Source of the DNA: Entomortierella parvispora E1425
Lineage: Eukaryota; Fungi; Mortierellomycota
Length of the DNA stretch: 64,000 bases
Assembly (NCBI GenBank): GCA_020891255.1
Contig: BQFW01000001.1
Location: 868,001 to 932,000, forward strand
Reading direction: 5' to 3'
Part shown: positions 1 through 13,013 of the stretch, piece after piece
How positions within the stretch are numbered: the stretch's first letter is position 1
How the letters are laid out: every line of letters starts with the position of its first letter
The notes under the pieces: model-generated
Told to the model about the DNA's origin: nothing
The model's input: only the letters and a program-made list of their open reading frames with translations
Database searches by the model: none
Made by a program: the position numbers and the translations under genes

Positions 1-1289
1 GCTGCTGCCTCGAGGTTGCTGGCGCGTGTTTCTGGACGAGTCGGAGAGAGTTGCTGTGGCTGTGGTTGTAGTCGTTGTCCTCGCTCGAGGGGTGTTGTTG
101 GGTTGCGGGAGATACAAAGAAGAGTGTGATCGGTTCTTTCCGCTTGTGCAACACAAGTACGGCCGTCTATTTCCTCTCCTAGGTGTTTTTTCAGTTTTTG
201 GTGTTGTTGTTTCCGCTGCTGTGGTGGCAGAGGCTAAAACAGGGCAACGCCAGATACCCTTCAAGAACCTAGAGAGGCGGGAAGGAGGCGATGCGACCCT
301 TGTACGACTAGGACTCGATCGAAGTGAAGGAGGGTGCAGCCTTCTTCGTGGACGAACTTCGTCTACACGCTCGGGAACAGTGACCTCCAGAACTGGATCT
401 GGATCCGGGGTCTGTCCGACAGGAGGGCTGCGTGGGCGGGTAGAAGGCCTTCGATGCTTCTGTCGAGAGACTGTGAATTGCTCCTGAAGTGTTTCCAGTC
501 GGTATTGATCCGAGGTGGAGGCGCCGCCCTCTTGTGGTTCGTGAAAATAATAAAAATTGGGATGATGGTGACGGTGGCGATGAGTCTGCTGATACTGCTC
601 TTGGGCAAGTTCCTGCAGGGACCTCCGTGTCTGGTTGGGATGTCGTGTGCGGTAATGGCGGTCCTCTAGAAGACAAAAGATGGTTTTGAGGATAGGATAG
701 GGGGGTTGGAGAGGACGGGACGGATGCATGGATGGAAAAAAGAGCAGCAAGAGTGAGCCAACTGACGAAGGAAGAAGGGGTCACGGTCATTGTGGACAAT
801 TATAAAGTCCATTCTTTTAGTGTCTGTGTTACCTTGGTTGGTAAATCGGTCCGAGGATTCACGCAGAGAAGGAAGAGGAGGAGGAGAGGTGATTGAATCG
901 AACGATGACGGTTGGGAAGAGGCTAAACTACGTTGCAATTGTGCCCGAGAAAGGGATGAGTTATTCGACGCAGAGGCACTGTTGTCACTAACGGCAACAG
1001 AAGATGGAAGCAAAGATGATGGAGTGGAGAGAGAGATGGACGACGTGGAAGACAGGCCTCGTGGATGGGAGGAGGAGGGAGGAGGGAGAGGGGCTGATGT
1101 TAAAGAGGATGAACGAGGGAGTACTGACGATGACAAAAACAGTGAGGGGGAGTTGGGAGGTAAGGTTGTGGAGAGATCGGTTGACAAAGCATCTAGAGGC
1201 AAAGTGTCAAGGGAGGCAAAGGAAGGCGCAGGAACGGGGGCCGAGCGGGAAGAGGGAGATGAGGGCGAAGAGGGGGAAGTAGCGGCCAT
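1..1289 (-). CDS. Hypothetical low-complexity (Ser/Pro-rich, then His/Arg-rich) protein, 3' end runs off the window
   Basis: ATG at 1289 (ORF 666..1289). A donor AAG|GTAACA at 832 and acceptor TTTTGTCTTCTAG at 666 join it in phase to a frame with no stop down to base 1 (...TNQ|EDRHYRTRHPNQTRRSLQELAQEQYQQTHRHRHHHPNFYY...). No recognisable domain. Confidence 0.55.
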
Positions 1290-3870
1290 GCTTCAGTGCT
1301 GTTGCAGAGTTGGACTATCATGCGGACACAAAGAATGAATTGAGAGATGGCTGTCAGTTGCTGGTCAAGGTTGATCTCCTCTTCGTCCCACTCGTCCCTG
1401 TCTGTTGAGATGTACAAAAAACAAACAGCTCTTCCCAGTCTTCCCTTAGACCGCATGATTTTGGCGGGAAACATGGAAGGGAGGAGCAGCTGCTGTCCAT
1501 AAGAATGAAGCCAAGGTGGGCAGAATGGGTTTGAGCAACTCAATTGTCATTGTCGTTTGCCTTTTCTTTCCCGCCTCTTTTAAGTATACTCCTAGTTGCA
1601 GTTCATTTGACATCCTGACCCTGCCTGCAAGTGAATGGCTGCTTTCCCAGACGAAGTGTCCCTTCCCATTGATGCAAGGAAAGCATACTGCTGCTCCATG
1701 TCCCGCCACCTCTTGCATGATGCCTTGTTGTTGCCTCACCTGGGATAGTTTGTTTTTTGTTTGTTTTTTTGGCGAGAGGTATGTTGCCGCTTGCGTCGTT
1801 GTTCAGTAGCTGTTGATCTTGTGACAAACAGTCAAGAAAGAGCTGTAGGGCAGAAAAACAGAGATCTCGTAGAGCAACAGTCCATGTCGCTATGTCTCCA
1901 GAGTTGAGAGAACGGTCACCGCAACTTTCACTCGAATCAAAGCTGATGGGAAAGTATGAGGGGGGGGGGGTGAGAATTGCTGTGTGTGTGAGTGTGTGTG
2001 AGTGTGTGGTGTATGTGCCTGGGGTGTTTGGGTGCTTTGGATCGCTGTTGACAATAAGATGGCTCTTTTTCGCTTGATCAGAATGAAAGTCGGGAGATAG
2101 TTCAAGGTAGGGGGATGGTCAAAGAGATGCAAAAACAAATTAAAAAAGATGCTCGCCAGGGAAGCATGGACTTTATGTAGGATTCCTTTGTTTTTTCCAC
2201 GATTTCTAAACCTCGATCCACTCCTTGCTTGCTGACTGCGACTTGTCGCTGCTCAACAATCCTGTACAACAGGTTTTCCTTTGATCGGACTCGTTGTAGA
2301 CCACTCTGGATGCTGTTTTATATGTTTAAAAAAGAGAGGGTCTGAATATCGGAAATAGGGGAGGAGGAAGTCAACCGTCAGAAGTCAACCGTCTGTATCG
2401 AAGCATCGAAGATGTAGAAAAACAAGGGGCAGGGCGAGTCATTTGTTGTTGTTGTCACGCCGACAGTCGGTGAGGAGTTGCTCCAATGCAGAGCAATTGA
2501 GGGACGAGGAGGGAGAACAACAGTGCAAGGAGTTGAGCAAAGGGACTTCAGGAACCGCATGTCCCCCTTTTTAAAAATAACCGATTGATTGCCACCTGGC
2601 CTGCATTGATAGCGACTTGACATCCATGCTAGTGCAGCACACTTTTCGTATCGCACTGAGTTCTCCCTCCTTCAGTCCCGTCTATCATCTGCATCAAAAG
2701 AGAGCTGCCATCTCGCATCTCGAGAACACCGTTTTGATCTGCTTTTTGTGAGCAGCAATGGCCAGGGAACCCTTATTCTGGATTGAAACGCGATCTGGAT
2801 CAGGGGTTGTCTGCGATTGGAGGGGTCAACAGTGTCTTACGCAACAAATATCAGGGCATCCGTGCGTTTTGGCCAGCCAGCTTATGATACACTCTCTCTT
2901 TGTGGAACGGCACCTGCCGCCCTCGAGTTTTGAACTCCATCTCACAATAGGCCCGAGAGAGGGGAAGAGCGGTGAAGTATCCGTGTGAAAAGACACTAAA
3001 GACAAGCAGGAGACAATCCCTGCATGGTACGGTGCCTGAACTTTACTAGAAAAACATTCCAGTGAAAAGGATTGAAACGCTGTGCTAGAGAGCCCCTGGT
3101 TAGGGCACTGCGCACCGGGAGACGCACCAAGGTGCCTCGGGAGATGCAAACGTTGCTGTGCTGTTCATTACGTGGTGACTTTGTTATTGGATTGGTGGCC
3201 AATAATGGCTGGCCCCTTGTGTATTTCTGTGCCTCGTTTCTTCACCGTTAATGCCGGCAATGATGGATGTGCCCCTCATCAAAATTTTCGCGTGTTGTTA
3301 TCCAGCTTTTCGCAGAATTAAGATAGAGTCCCGAGCCTTGACTGTTTTGTAATACGCTCCACCGGTCCTTTAGAAATCCTCGCCTGTTCGCGATTTGTCA
3401 TACCTCTTGTCTCTGCTCGTGCGGCTTACAGAGCGTTGAGTTGATTATTTTTTCCGGTGCAATTTGACATCATCTGACGATGTCCCTCTTTTTCCTCCTT
3501 TTGATTTTCCTGTCCGAAGAACGCCGCTCCCGAATGGACATTTCGGGCAACGCGATCTGCGCAGGTCCTGCACCCAAACAACAACAAACAAACGCCGCGC
3601 TCTTATTTTGGCTTTTGATGCACTGCTGGAAAGCTTGAGTTGAAGAAACGTTGGCATGGATCGAGTCCTAAAGTCGACCAGGAGGTCTGTTTGCACTTTC
3701 CACACGGACCAAGATGTCTTTGACTTTTCTCTCTCGGGTTTTCCAGTATATATACCCCCCTATCTCACAGTTTTATTTGTTCTCCTCAACCAGCACACAG
3801 CATTCAGCGCCTCGCAAAACAACGAGCTCCAACCAAAACCACCCAAACACCCATTCCAGCACTCTTCACA

Positions 3871-4807
3871 ATGGTGACCGCCTCAATGAACCTCTCGACC
3901 GAGAAAATGTCCGAGTTGGCCATGGCCAAGGACAACAAGTACACCATGCTTTACTTCCCATTCCATGGTGTTGTCACCGCCCTCCGAGCCATCATGTTCA
4001 TGTCTGGTGCCGAGTATGAATTCACCCACCCCGTTGTAAGCTTTCGAACCATAACCCGGGGCGGGCTTTCCTTGAAACTCAATTGCTTTGTGAATCTTTC
4101 TAACCAACTTTTCTCAAAAAATAACCTCGCGTCGCGCTTAGGAATGGTCCAAGGAAAAGGCATTGACGCCCTTGGGTGCCATGCCCGTCCTGTATGAAGA
4201 AACAAAGTCCGGTGAAGTCCTCGAGCTGTGTGAACTCACGCCCATCGAGTTTTATTTCGGCCAAAAGTATGGCTACACCGGAAGCAACCTGTGGGAAGAG
4301 AACTTGATCCGCATGTACCATTCTTCCAGTCAGTCCGTTTTTGACAAGCTGGTGACAACGGTCGTCCGTGCACCCAAGGAGAACTACGAGCAGATGATGG
4401 AGATCTTCTTGACCAAGATTGTCCCCGAGTGGATCGAGTACCATGAGCGGGCTCTTGTGAAGAATGGATCGAACGGACACTATGTTGGAAACAAGGTACG
4501 AAAAATGACACGAAAAAAGAGATGATAGAATATCTAGCGACCCGCGTCTAGCTCTTTCTTGCTAATCGTGTCCCTTTTTTTTTCTCTCTTTCCTTTAAAA
4601 CAGCTCTCGTTGGCCGATATCAAGACTGCGACCATCATTGAGAACTTCATCGCGATCTCTGAAGATCGCTTGCTCTCGCGCGAGAAGACCCCTGCCATCT
4701 TTGCTGTCTATGACGAACTCGAGAAAGAGCCTAAGTACCAGCTCTGGAAGGCATCGTCCGAGTGGAAGGCCTATGACGAGTTGAACAAGAAGTTGTTCAG
4801 CTTCTAG
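3871..4807 (+). CDS. Glutathione S-transferase (copy 1), 3 exons
   Basis: Exons 3871-4035, 4142-4495 and 4604-4807 with GT-AG introns. N-terminal YTMLYFPFHG..ALRAI, cis-Pro motif TPLGAMPVL, C-terminal GSNGHYVGNK|LSLADI typical of the GST C-domain N-capping box. Confidence 0.9.
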
Positions 4808-5431
4808 AGATGTCCTCAAGAGATGGCATCTCTATGCCGTCCCATCCTCACGCAGTATACCAATTAGAGGGTCTACAGCAGTAAAGCAATAAAAGGAATA
4901 GCGTCTACTACAGGTTTAGGTGCAAAGTGTGAGCAAAAGAAGTATGTGTGATATGAAATAAAGAATCTTTTTTTTATTCGCCTTATCTTCCGTGACATCT
5001 CTCTGTCCATGAGCTCTTCGGATGACCAAAAGGACGAAATGGAATGGGGATGGAGAGATGTCATTAGGAAAAAATTGCCTGAAATGTTTTTTTTTTGTTG
5101 GGTTCTGAAGACGCAAGAGCCAATTAGGCCGGTGGGCGGTGGGTGGGGGCAAGACGAAAGAAAGATGCACAGTGGCCTAGACCAACCTACCGATCGTGCC
5201 CCAATGCAGGAAGCGCCACGTTTGAACAGTTTGTGGGAGACAAGCAAGGGTCCTTTCGTCATCGAACACCATGGAACCCAAAGCCGATCAACTGCGCTAA
5301 CTCGGACCTGATCGACTTTGGCGGTCGTCGGTCCTGCCAGCCTATAAAAACGACGTCCTAGAAATTCTTTATTATTTCATTTTCTTCTTCTCCCCCTGCC
5401 CTACACCTTTCATCCAGTCAAACAAACCATC

Positions 5432-6361
5432 ATGTCGGTCGCAACAAAGAACCTCACCACGGAGCAGATGACAAAGATCAGCCAGGGAAAGGGCAACGAA
5501 TACACCCTTCTTTACTACCCTTTCCATGGTGTCTGCGCAACTGTCCGTGCCATGCTTGCCATGTCTGATCTCAAACACAAGTTCACGCACCCAACTGTAA
5601 GATCAAAGTCTCAACACGAAGAATAGGCCCCTCTCTGTTTCAACCGTTGGCTGATGTTTTTTCCGTCTCGTCTACAATATCTTCACTCCTCATAGGACTG
5701 GCCCAGCCAAAAGGAGCACACCCCTTTTGGCCACATGCCCGTCTTGTACGAGACCTCGCCAGCGACTGGGGAAACGATTGAGCTAGCAGAGTTGAGCGCC
5801 ATCGAGTTCTATCTTGGTCAAAAGTTGGGCCTTGTTGGGTCCAATGCCTGGGAAGAGAACCTAATCCGCTCCTACGTTAGCTCGTCTCAGACCCTGTTTG
5901 ACAAGTTTGTGGTGACGGTCTTGCGCTCACCCAAGGAGCTTCAGCCCCAGATGAAGGAGCTCTTTATGAAGCTCATTCCTGAATGGGCTACCTTCCATGA
6001 AAAGATCCTCCAAGCGAACGGAGCCAATGGTCATTATATCGGCGACAAGGTAAGACTGTGTTTAATTTTACTTTCACCCCGTTCCTCGTAGGATACTCCC
6101 TGGCAGGACTATTAGAATATAAAGCTAACAATGCGGCTCCTCTCACAGCTCACCGTTGCGGATATCAAGACAGTGACGGTCATTGACGTCATGATGGTCA
6201 CTTCCCAGGACATGTTCATTACCCGTGAAAAGACCCCTGCTCTTTTGGCGGTCAAGGACAGTCTTGAGAAAAACGAAAAGTATACCGCCTGGAAGTCCTC
6301 AGAAGATTACAAGGCCTGCACAGAGGCAACTCGTGCTCTCTTTGCTCGCTTTGCATTGTAA
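5432..6361 (+). CDS. Glutathione S-transferase (copy 2, tandem paralog), 3 exons
   Basis: Exons 5432-5596, 5696-6049 and 6149-6361, with the same two intron positions as copy 1. Motifs YTLLYYPFHG, TPFGHMPVLYE and GANGHYIGDK|LTVADI. Confidence 0.9.
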
Positions 6362-7366
6362 ATGAATAAATACAACATGGGAAGACAACTGCTAGTACAG
6401 ATCCCCCTTGGAATTTATTACAGAATGAACAGACTGTTGACCATCGATCATGTTCAAAAATTCGAAGAACGAGATTTGGGGAGAAGATCTTTGATCCGTT
6501 CGTCATCTACCTCTGATTCATGTAGACCCTACGCCCTGAGACTGGGCAACCGTCCCTCCTCTGCCAACTGTTATACATTTAATGATTGTAGTTTCCAGTA
6601 AACTCTTTTCCTCTCGGTTAATTTGCTGGGTTCTCTCTTGTAAAGAGCACTGGATCTGCATCGCGACATCTCGCATCATTTGGATTTTGATGCTCATCCT
6701 TGAGGCAAGTTTTCGTTTTCCATTTCCAGCCGATCATTCCTTTTGGGTGGACCTTCATATTGCTCTTTCTGTCCCATCGGTTGTTTGTCGCGTCTTCTCC
6801 TGTTCTGGGTTCGCGTCCCTCTCTCCTACACCTTTATGTTGTGGTTTGTAACTGTATTTGTGTGTATTTGTATGTATTTGTGTATCAAGTACCCCGCACC
6901 AGTGTCCAGTTTCCCTCCCACCACAATGCGTACGCGTTGGAACCGCTCTATTGGGGGGCCTCGTCGACGACCCGATATATAACTCTGATACAAGTCATTT
7001 ACATCATCTGACGGTCCTCAGACGCGACAGAGTCTTTCATAACCGCTCTCTACCTTTTCCATTTCAACCCTGCTCAGCTATCTATCTCTCCATCTCTTTC
7101 ACGTCTTTTGAGATTGTTTAGTGGTCAATGGTCCATACTATCAGCTATCTATTTAAAATACATTTTCACAGAGGCATTCGCTGTCAAACATTTGGAGAAA
7201 AGGATGCAGACAGGCATGTCTAAAAGACGGGCTGTATGAAGTATGACGGGAATGGAGGCGCGTCGAATATTGAAATGGGTTATGTCGCTAGGAAGAATGC
7301 TCTAGACAGGAAACAACCAACCGGGGAGGTCACCGCGTTAAAAGTCACGCATTGACTGCATGTCCG

Positions 7367-7399
<33 letters not shown>

Positions 7400-7915
7400 C
7401 CCTGCTTGTAAAGAGTTGAGGGATACTACGGTGGAGGAAGGGTGGTCAGATAGAAAAAGAGGCCCAGTGTCATTACATTCACATCCACCCAAGGAGGCCC
7501 TTTTCGATCAAAGGCAAGAGATTTGCCGAGCGATCGATGCGCGACGTGCAACCATGCAAAAATGCAAGGTTCATTATCACGTGGCGGAACCCTCTACTCT
7601 GCCCTCCGTCTGCTTCTCCACAGACCGCCCGTCCGCCGGAGAGCAAAGTGACATTCGGTGTTCTGTCCCCCACGGCCGATCAAACTTTGACTGCAAAGTG
7701 GGACGGACAGGACTCTCACCCTCTCGCAGGCACACCTCCAGCCAGGAAGCAGGCAGGCCCGGCTCACTTGTTCTCCCACTCGCCCTCCCCCTTTCTTTCT
7801 TTCATTCCTTTATTCTTTCATTCATTCATTCATTCCTTCTTCTACTTCTTCATTCCTCTTTCTTCCTCTTCCTCTCTTCTTTCTCAACCGCACTTCACCT
7901 ATTGACATCACCACA

Positions 7916-8887
7916 ATGACCAAAGTTGTTTTCCCCGTCTCTGCTGACCCCGTCCTTCTCGAGATCACCCGTGAGGGTCCCATCTTCATCATGACCATGG
8001 TCGACGGTGAGAACCGATTCACCACCGAGATGTGCAAGGCCATCTGCGATGCGCTGGACCACGTCGCCGAGACCGTTGATAAGGAGGGATTGACCGAGGC
8101 TGTGCTTATGACCAGAGGCCAGGACAAGTTTTACTCCAACGGTCTCCACATGGAGAAGGCTCTTACAGTCCCCAACTTCACCGACCACACCTTCATGCCT
8201 ATGCTTAACAAGCTCCTCATGTTCTCTATCCCCACCGTGGCCTGTCTCAATGGGTATGTTTTCCATTCTTCAGTACCTTGCAGGAAGTTGGGTGGCCATC
8301 AAATGGTTAGCTTTTAAAGTCCATTGAAATTGACACTGACGCGCTCGAAATGTTTCTCTCGGTTGGATCGGCCCTTGATTATAGACACGCTTTTGCCGGA
8401 GGATGCCTCATGGCTATGGCCCACGACTACAGAATCATGCGCAGCGATCGCGGCTTCATGTGCATGGTAAGATCGTCCGATCATCCTCTTCTCCTTTACT
8501 CTCTTCATCTCTTGGATCAACAATTTGGCTCCCCAATACTTGAGGGTAAAAAAATTAATCGACCAACATCCCTTTGATCCAAACTAGAACGAGATTGATC
8601 TTCCTGCGCCTTTGCCCGCTGGCATGTCTGCCTTGCTGCGTTACAAGATGCAGCCCCATATCTACAGATCTGTGGTTCTGGAGGGTAAGCGGTTCTCTGG
8701 CAAGGAGGCCTTGGCTAGCCACTTGGTCGATGCCATTGCAGAGGGTGTTGAACCCACAGTCGAATTGGCCAAGCAGGTGGCGCGCAAGATCGCACCCAAG
8801 GCCAAGTGCGGATCCATCTATACCTTGATCAAGGAGGACATGTACCCCGAGGTCTCGTCGCGTCTGATGATGAACGCGAAGCTGTAA
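7916..8887 (+). CDS. Peroxisomal enoyl-CoA delta isomerase (crotonase fold), 3 exons
   Basis: Exons 7916-8253, 8385-8466 and 8588-8887. Crotonase motifs KFYSNGL, PTVACLNG|HAFAGG..AMAHDYRIMRSDRGFMCM|NEID. Ends in -AKL (PTS1). Confidence 0.9.
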
Positions 8888-10381
8888 AAAAAAACACGCG
8901 AAAAGCATTCTGTTTATAACAAATAAAGTCGATATTGAAGACAATTTGCTGTGTAGCCATTGAAACGGACCAACGGACTGAAGAATGCAGTGAGCACTCG
9001 GCGGCGTCAGGGTTGGACACGATCTCCCATTTCCTCACAGACCTTCTGCTGGTCAGAAGCAAAAGCTTAAAATATTACGAGATTTCATTCCTTCCTTTCT
9101 TCCTTCCCTTCTTCCTCAATCCTTAGCATCTCTCAGTACAGGTAATGACCTTATGTTTTTCTTTTTCCTGGCGTGAATTTACCACAGACATCACGTCGGT
9201 TCTGGCCTAAACATCCACACAGCTCTCAATGCCCCACCCATGGCAAGATTTTAGACTTGGTTTTCAGGATCTCTACAGAGTTGATGGGCGACAATGGGGG
9301 GCCGCCCAAGTTTAGGCCATACAAAAACCATCGGGGCCGGAAGCCCCGAAACCATTTACAGGTAATACACTCAATCTCTCATGATATTCCATGTGCACAC
9401 CAGACCCCGTCAAAGAGCTGACCAAAGGAGATCGACGTTCTGGAAGGTTTCAAGAATCGCAAGCTCTCAGAAAGGCCTGTCAGTATCTAATGCAAGGACC
9501 CCCTAGATCGAAGCCAGGAAAGCTCTACAACAGCTGCATCGGAGATGAGGACAAAGCGACCCTCACCAACCCTAGCCGCTCGCAAGGACTTCATATCCAG
9601 CTATCAGAGAATCAAGAGCGCCACGGGAGAGAGCCCTGCAGGTGGAAACGGTGCATCTGAGGTGCAGGGCAGTTAGCAACGCCAAAAGCATGGGCGATCA
9701 AAAACGCGCCAGAACTGAGGGACACATTCCCCATTACCAAAATAATGCTTGTTTGCCGGCACGTTTTAAAGAGGAGCTTCGAGTCAGTACAAGCTCCTGG
9801 ACAAATATTGTCCTTTCTCTCCATCTTCTCATCTCTGGCATTGAAAGGATTGCGAGGTAAACGAACAGCTTTTTTTTTATAGAATATTGTGGCAAAAAAA
9901 AAAGTATATTACAAACAGTGAGATGAGAGAAGTGGGTGGTGAGTGTGTGGGTGGTGAGTGTGTGGGTGCATATGTGTGGGTGGGTGTGGGTGTGCGGTCA
10001 AAATAAGCAAGGATGACAAGAGTGGTAAGGAGAGTACGAAAGCATATGAATGCAATGAGAAGGGCAAGAAAAAAACATGAAGGGGCAAAGTGATATTCTC
10101 CGAGTATCGATCTTTTTTTTTCTTTTTTTTTTTTGGTCCTTTGTTCGAGGGGGTTGGTATAGTTTTCGTGATATGAGAAGAGTCGGTTAGTGGCAAAACG
10201 CGGGTCCTGACTGAAGAAGCTTTAGAAGAGAGGAGACGAAAAAACCAAATAAAAAGACAAAAAAGAAACGAGATAAAAAAAAGTGAACAAAGAAAAAACT
10301 TGAAACTCGACGATATCAACGCACGGAGTGGCCGAGGAAAAAAAAAAGGAGAGACCCAAAAAAGTAGGTGAAGGACAAGGA

Positions 10382-12479
10382 TTATTGCTGCTGCTGCTGC
10401 TGCTTTAGTCTAGCCACTTCCCGTCGCAGCATCTCGACTTCGTTATTGAGCTCATCGTGGTTCGCCTTCATGCCCGCAATAAAATCGACCGCTAAATAGA
10501 CAGATTGTCCCAAAAAAAAAAAAAAAAAAAAAAAAGTTTAGGACACGGTCGTTAGTATCCTCCATGAGCAATGCATTGGTTGTCGCTGCAAATAAAGCCA
10601 AAGCCATCAAAACCATACCTTTGCTCAAAATCTCCCACTTGCTGGTTTTCAGACTCCTGTCCACAGGCAAAGAATCCCGCAACTCGTCAAACAGCTCCTT
10701 CATCTCCTTGCGACGTTTCCGTTCCGCCAATTTGTGTGACACACGAAGCTCGGGTGAACGGGAATAAGGCGTCTCGCCCTTTCCCAGCTCTCCATCGGCG
10801 GGATATCCTGCAGGGTAGCCAGGGTGCAAAAGAGACGAAGGTGGCGGTGCTCCTGATCCCATGTGACTATCCGCCGGTGATCCAGCAGGGCCGACAGCGG
10901 GAATGCGTCCGCTGCTGTAAGGAGGCTCTCCGCCCAGGGATCCTCTGTGACCTGACAAGTGCATCTTCTCCATATTGTCGTTCATATGATGGACGTAATC
11001 TGGCTGCTGTCCATGCTGTGGCGAGTCCCTGTGAGAAGGCATGTGGTAAGGGTGATGGACCTCAGCCAAGGAAGACCGTCTAGAATTGTGTCCAGAGTCG
11101 GACAGGAGAGAGGGTCTCCTAGGCTGGTGTAATGGCAGATGAGGGCGGTGGTGATCCATGGAGGAGGCAGGGGGTCCATGATAAGAAGGTTTGATCTCTG
11201 CAGCAGGCTGCAGGTTCAGGACCGGGACTGGGCCATGGAGGACTGAGGCTCGTCTTGGGGGACTCGATGGGGCCGAGTATGAATTCCGGGCGGGGTAAGG
11301 GTGGGTCGAGGGCATAGCAGCGTCGGGGATAGAGTCCCGACGTTTTGAAGGGTGGTCAAACAGAGTCTCGGATGAGTGGACCTGTGAGAGTGGTGTGGTC
11401 GAGGTTTTTCGTTTCAGAGGTCCGCCCATCGCATCGCTGTGAGCAATTGAGTGTCTCCTTGCAGGTTCCTGAGAGAGGAGTTGACCCAGGGGTCCAGCAC
11501 TACTGTAGATCGAGGGCAACGACTCTCGTCGGCCAGACTCAACCGAAGGACGGAGATGTTGCGAATTGGGACCAACTGGCGGTTGTTGTTGTTGTTGCGA
11601 TTGCGGTTGTTGTTGCGGTTGTTGGTGAGGATAGTGAGGATCGGAAGGGGTTGAGGAATTGGAAGAGGCGGTCGACGAATTGGCATAGTGGCGACCATCC
11701 TGTCCTCCTGGTGTATTACTTGCGCTGTTGTTGTTGCTTCCATTACTGTAATATCCTGCACTGGCACCTTCCATGGTGCCAGCAGAAGATCGCCTGTGCA
11801 TATCAGGATGGTACTCTTGCGAGTCTGCCAACGATCCTCGACGAGAGGTGCTCATATAATTGTGGAGAGGATGCGAGGGATCAATCGGTGGCAAAGGGCG
11901 ACCCTGAAAAGGCTCAGCAGCCATGGTGGGAAGTGGAGGTGAAGGCGAGGAAGGAGCACCATGCTGGCCGGGATGATAGTAGTAAGGATGCGAAGGGTGC
12001 TGCTGTTGCTGCGACGGATAATAGGGGTGGTGTGTCTGGCCATTGTGCCCATGGCTGCTATGCTCCTGAGGATATCTCGACTCGGGATACTGGTGATGAT
12101 CCGGGTGGGACTGATGCTGCTGAAGTTGTTCCTGAGGATAGTGCTGCCCGGCAGGACCATGGGGATGGCTGTTATAATTAGGGTGGGCGTGATGAGGATG
12201 AGGATGCTCGGGACTGTGCGGGCGAGAGCCTGCGCCTGCGCCGGCGGACGACGAAGAGCCTGGTTGGCCCAGGTGGTGCGGCTCTCCTCCACGGTCGCCG
12301 TGGTCAGCCGAGGGATGATGATGGTAGGGATGATGATGGTGCTCCTGCTGGGCCTGTGCGGGGGCACTCTCGGATGGATGGGCCATGGTAGCAGCCATGG
12401 GCGATGGGGGCGAAGCAGGGGAGCGGTTGTCGGGCTCGTCCATGGGGCAGTCCTCGTTGCTTGCAGAGGTGGCCTTCAT
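10382..12479 (-). CDS. bHLH(-zipper) transcription factor with long His/Pro/Gln-rich N-terminus
   Basis: Exon 1 12479-10619 ends ...[39 protein letters not shown]. Intron 10618-10492. Exon 2 10491-10382 [36 protein letters not shown]. The basic region has the H-x3-E-x2-RR pattern of CACGTG-binding bHLH proteins. Confidence 0.9.
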
Positions 12480-13013
12480 TGCGATGGTTTGGGTTGGGCT
12501 GGATGTGGGGCTTGTGCACAGGGATGGGATGGGTCAACGGACAGACGACAGACAGACAGAGAGACTAGAAAGGAAAAGAGACAGAAAAGAGAAAAGAAAT
12601 GATTCCCCGGTCCAGATTGGAATCGGGTAGAAGATGAGGTAGAGGAGACGGAGGGAGAGAGAAAGAAGAGGAAGAGGAAGAGGAGGGAGAGGAGGGATGA
12701 TGGATGATCGAGGATGGACAAGAGGAAGGTGAAGGAGAAAAAGGACAAAGAGAAACACAATTCTGATCCATCTCACACTTGGCTCTCATTCGCTTCGCAC
12801 TGCCTTCCTGCACATCACCCTCAAGAGTGTGAAAAAAAAAAAAAAAAAAAAATGTTTCTTTCGTCTTTTGGCCCTTTGGAGGCAACGAGCGTCTGTTAAG
12901 GGGCGGAGAGCTGTGCCTTGCAGTGTTTCCTCCTTCTCGCCTTGCTGTGCATTCACCATTCACTCTTCACTTCCTCCTTTTTCTCTCTCTCTCATTCCCT
13001 CATCATAGACACA

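Noticed and set aside
9173-9860. Short plus-strand ORFs between the isomerase and bHLH genes
   Set aside because: Multiple stops in all frames and no recognisable motif.
11345-12602. Several long plus-strand ORFs (278 aa, 213 aa)
   Set aside because: Antisense to the low-complexity bHLH exon, which has few stop codons in shadow frames.
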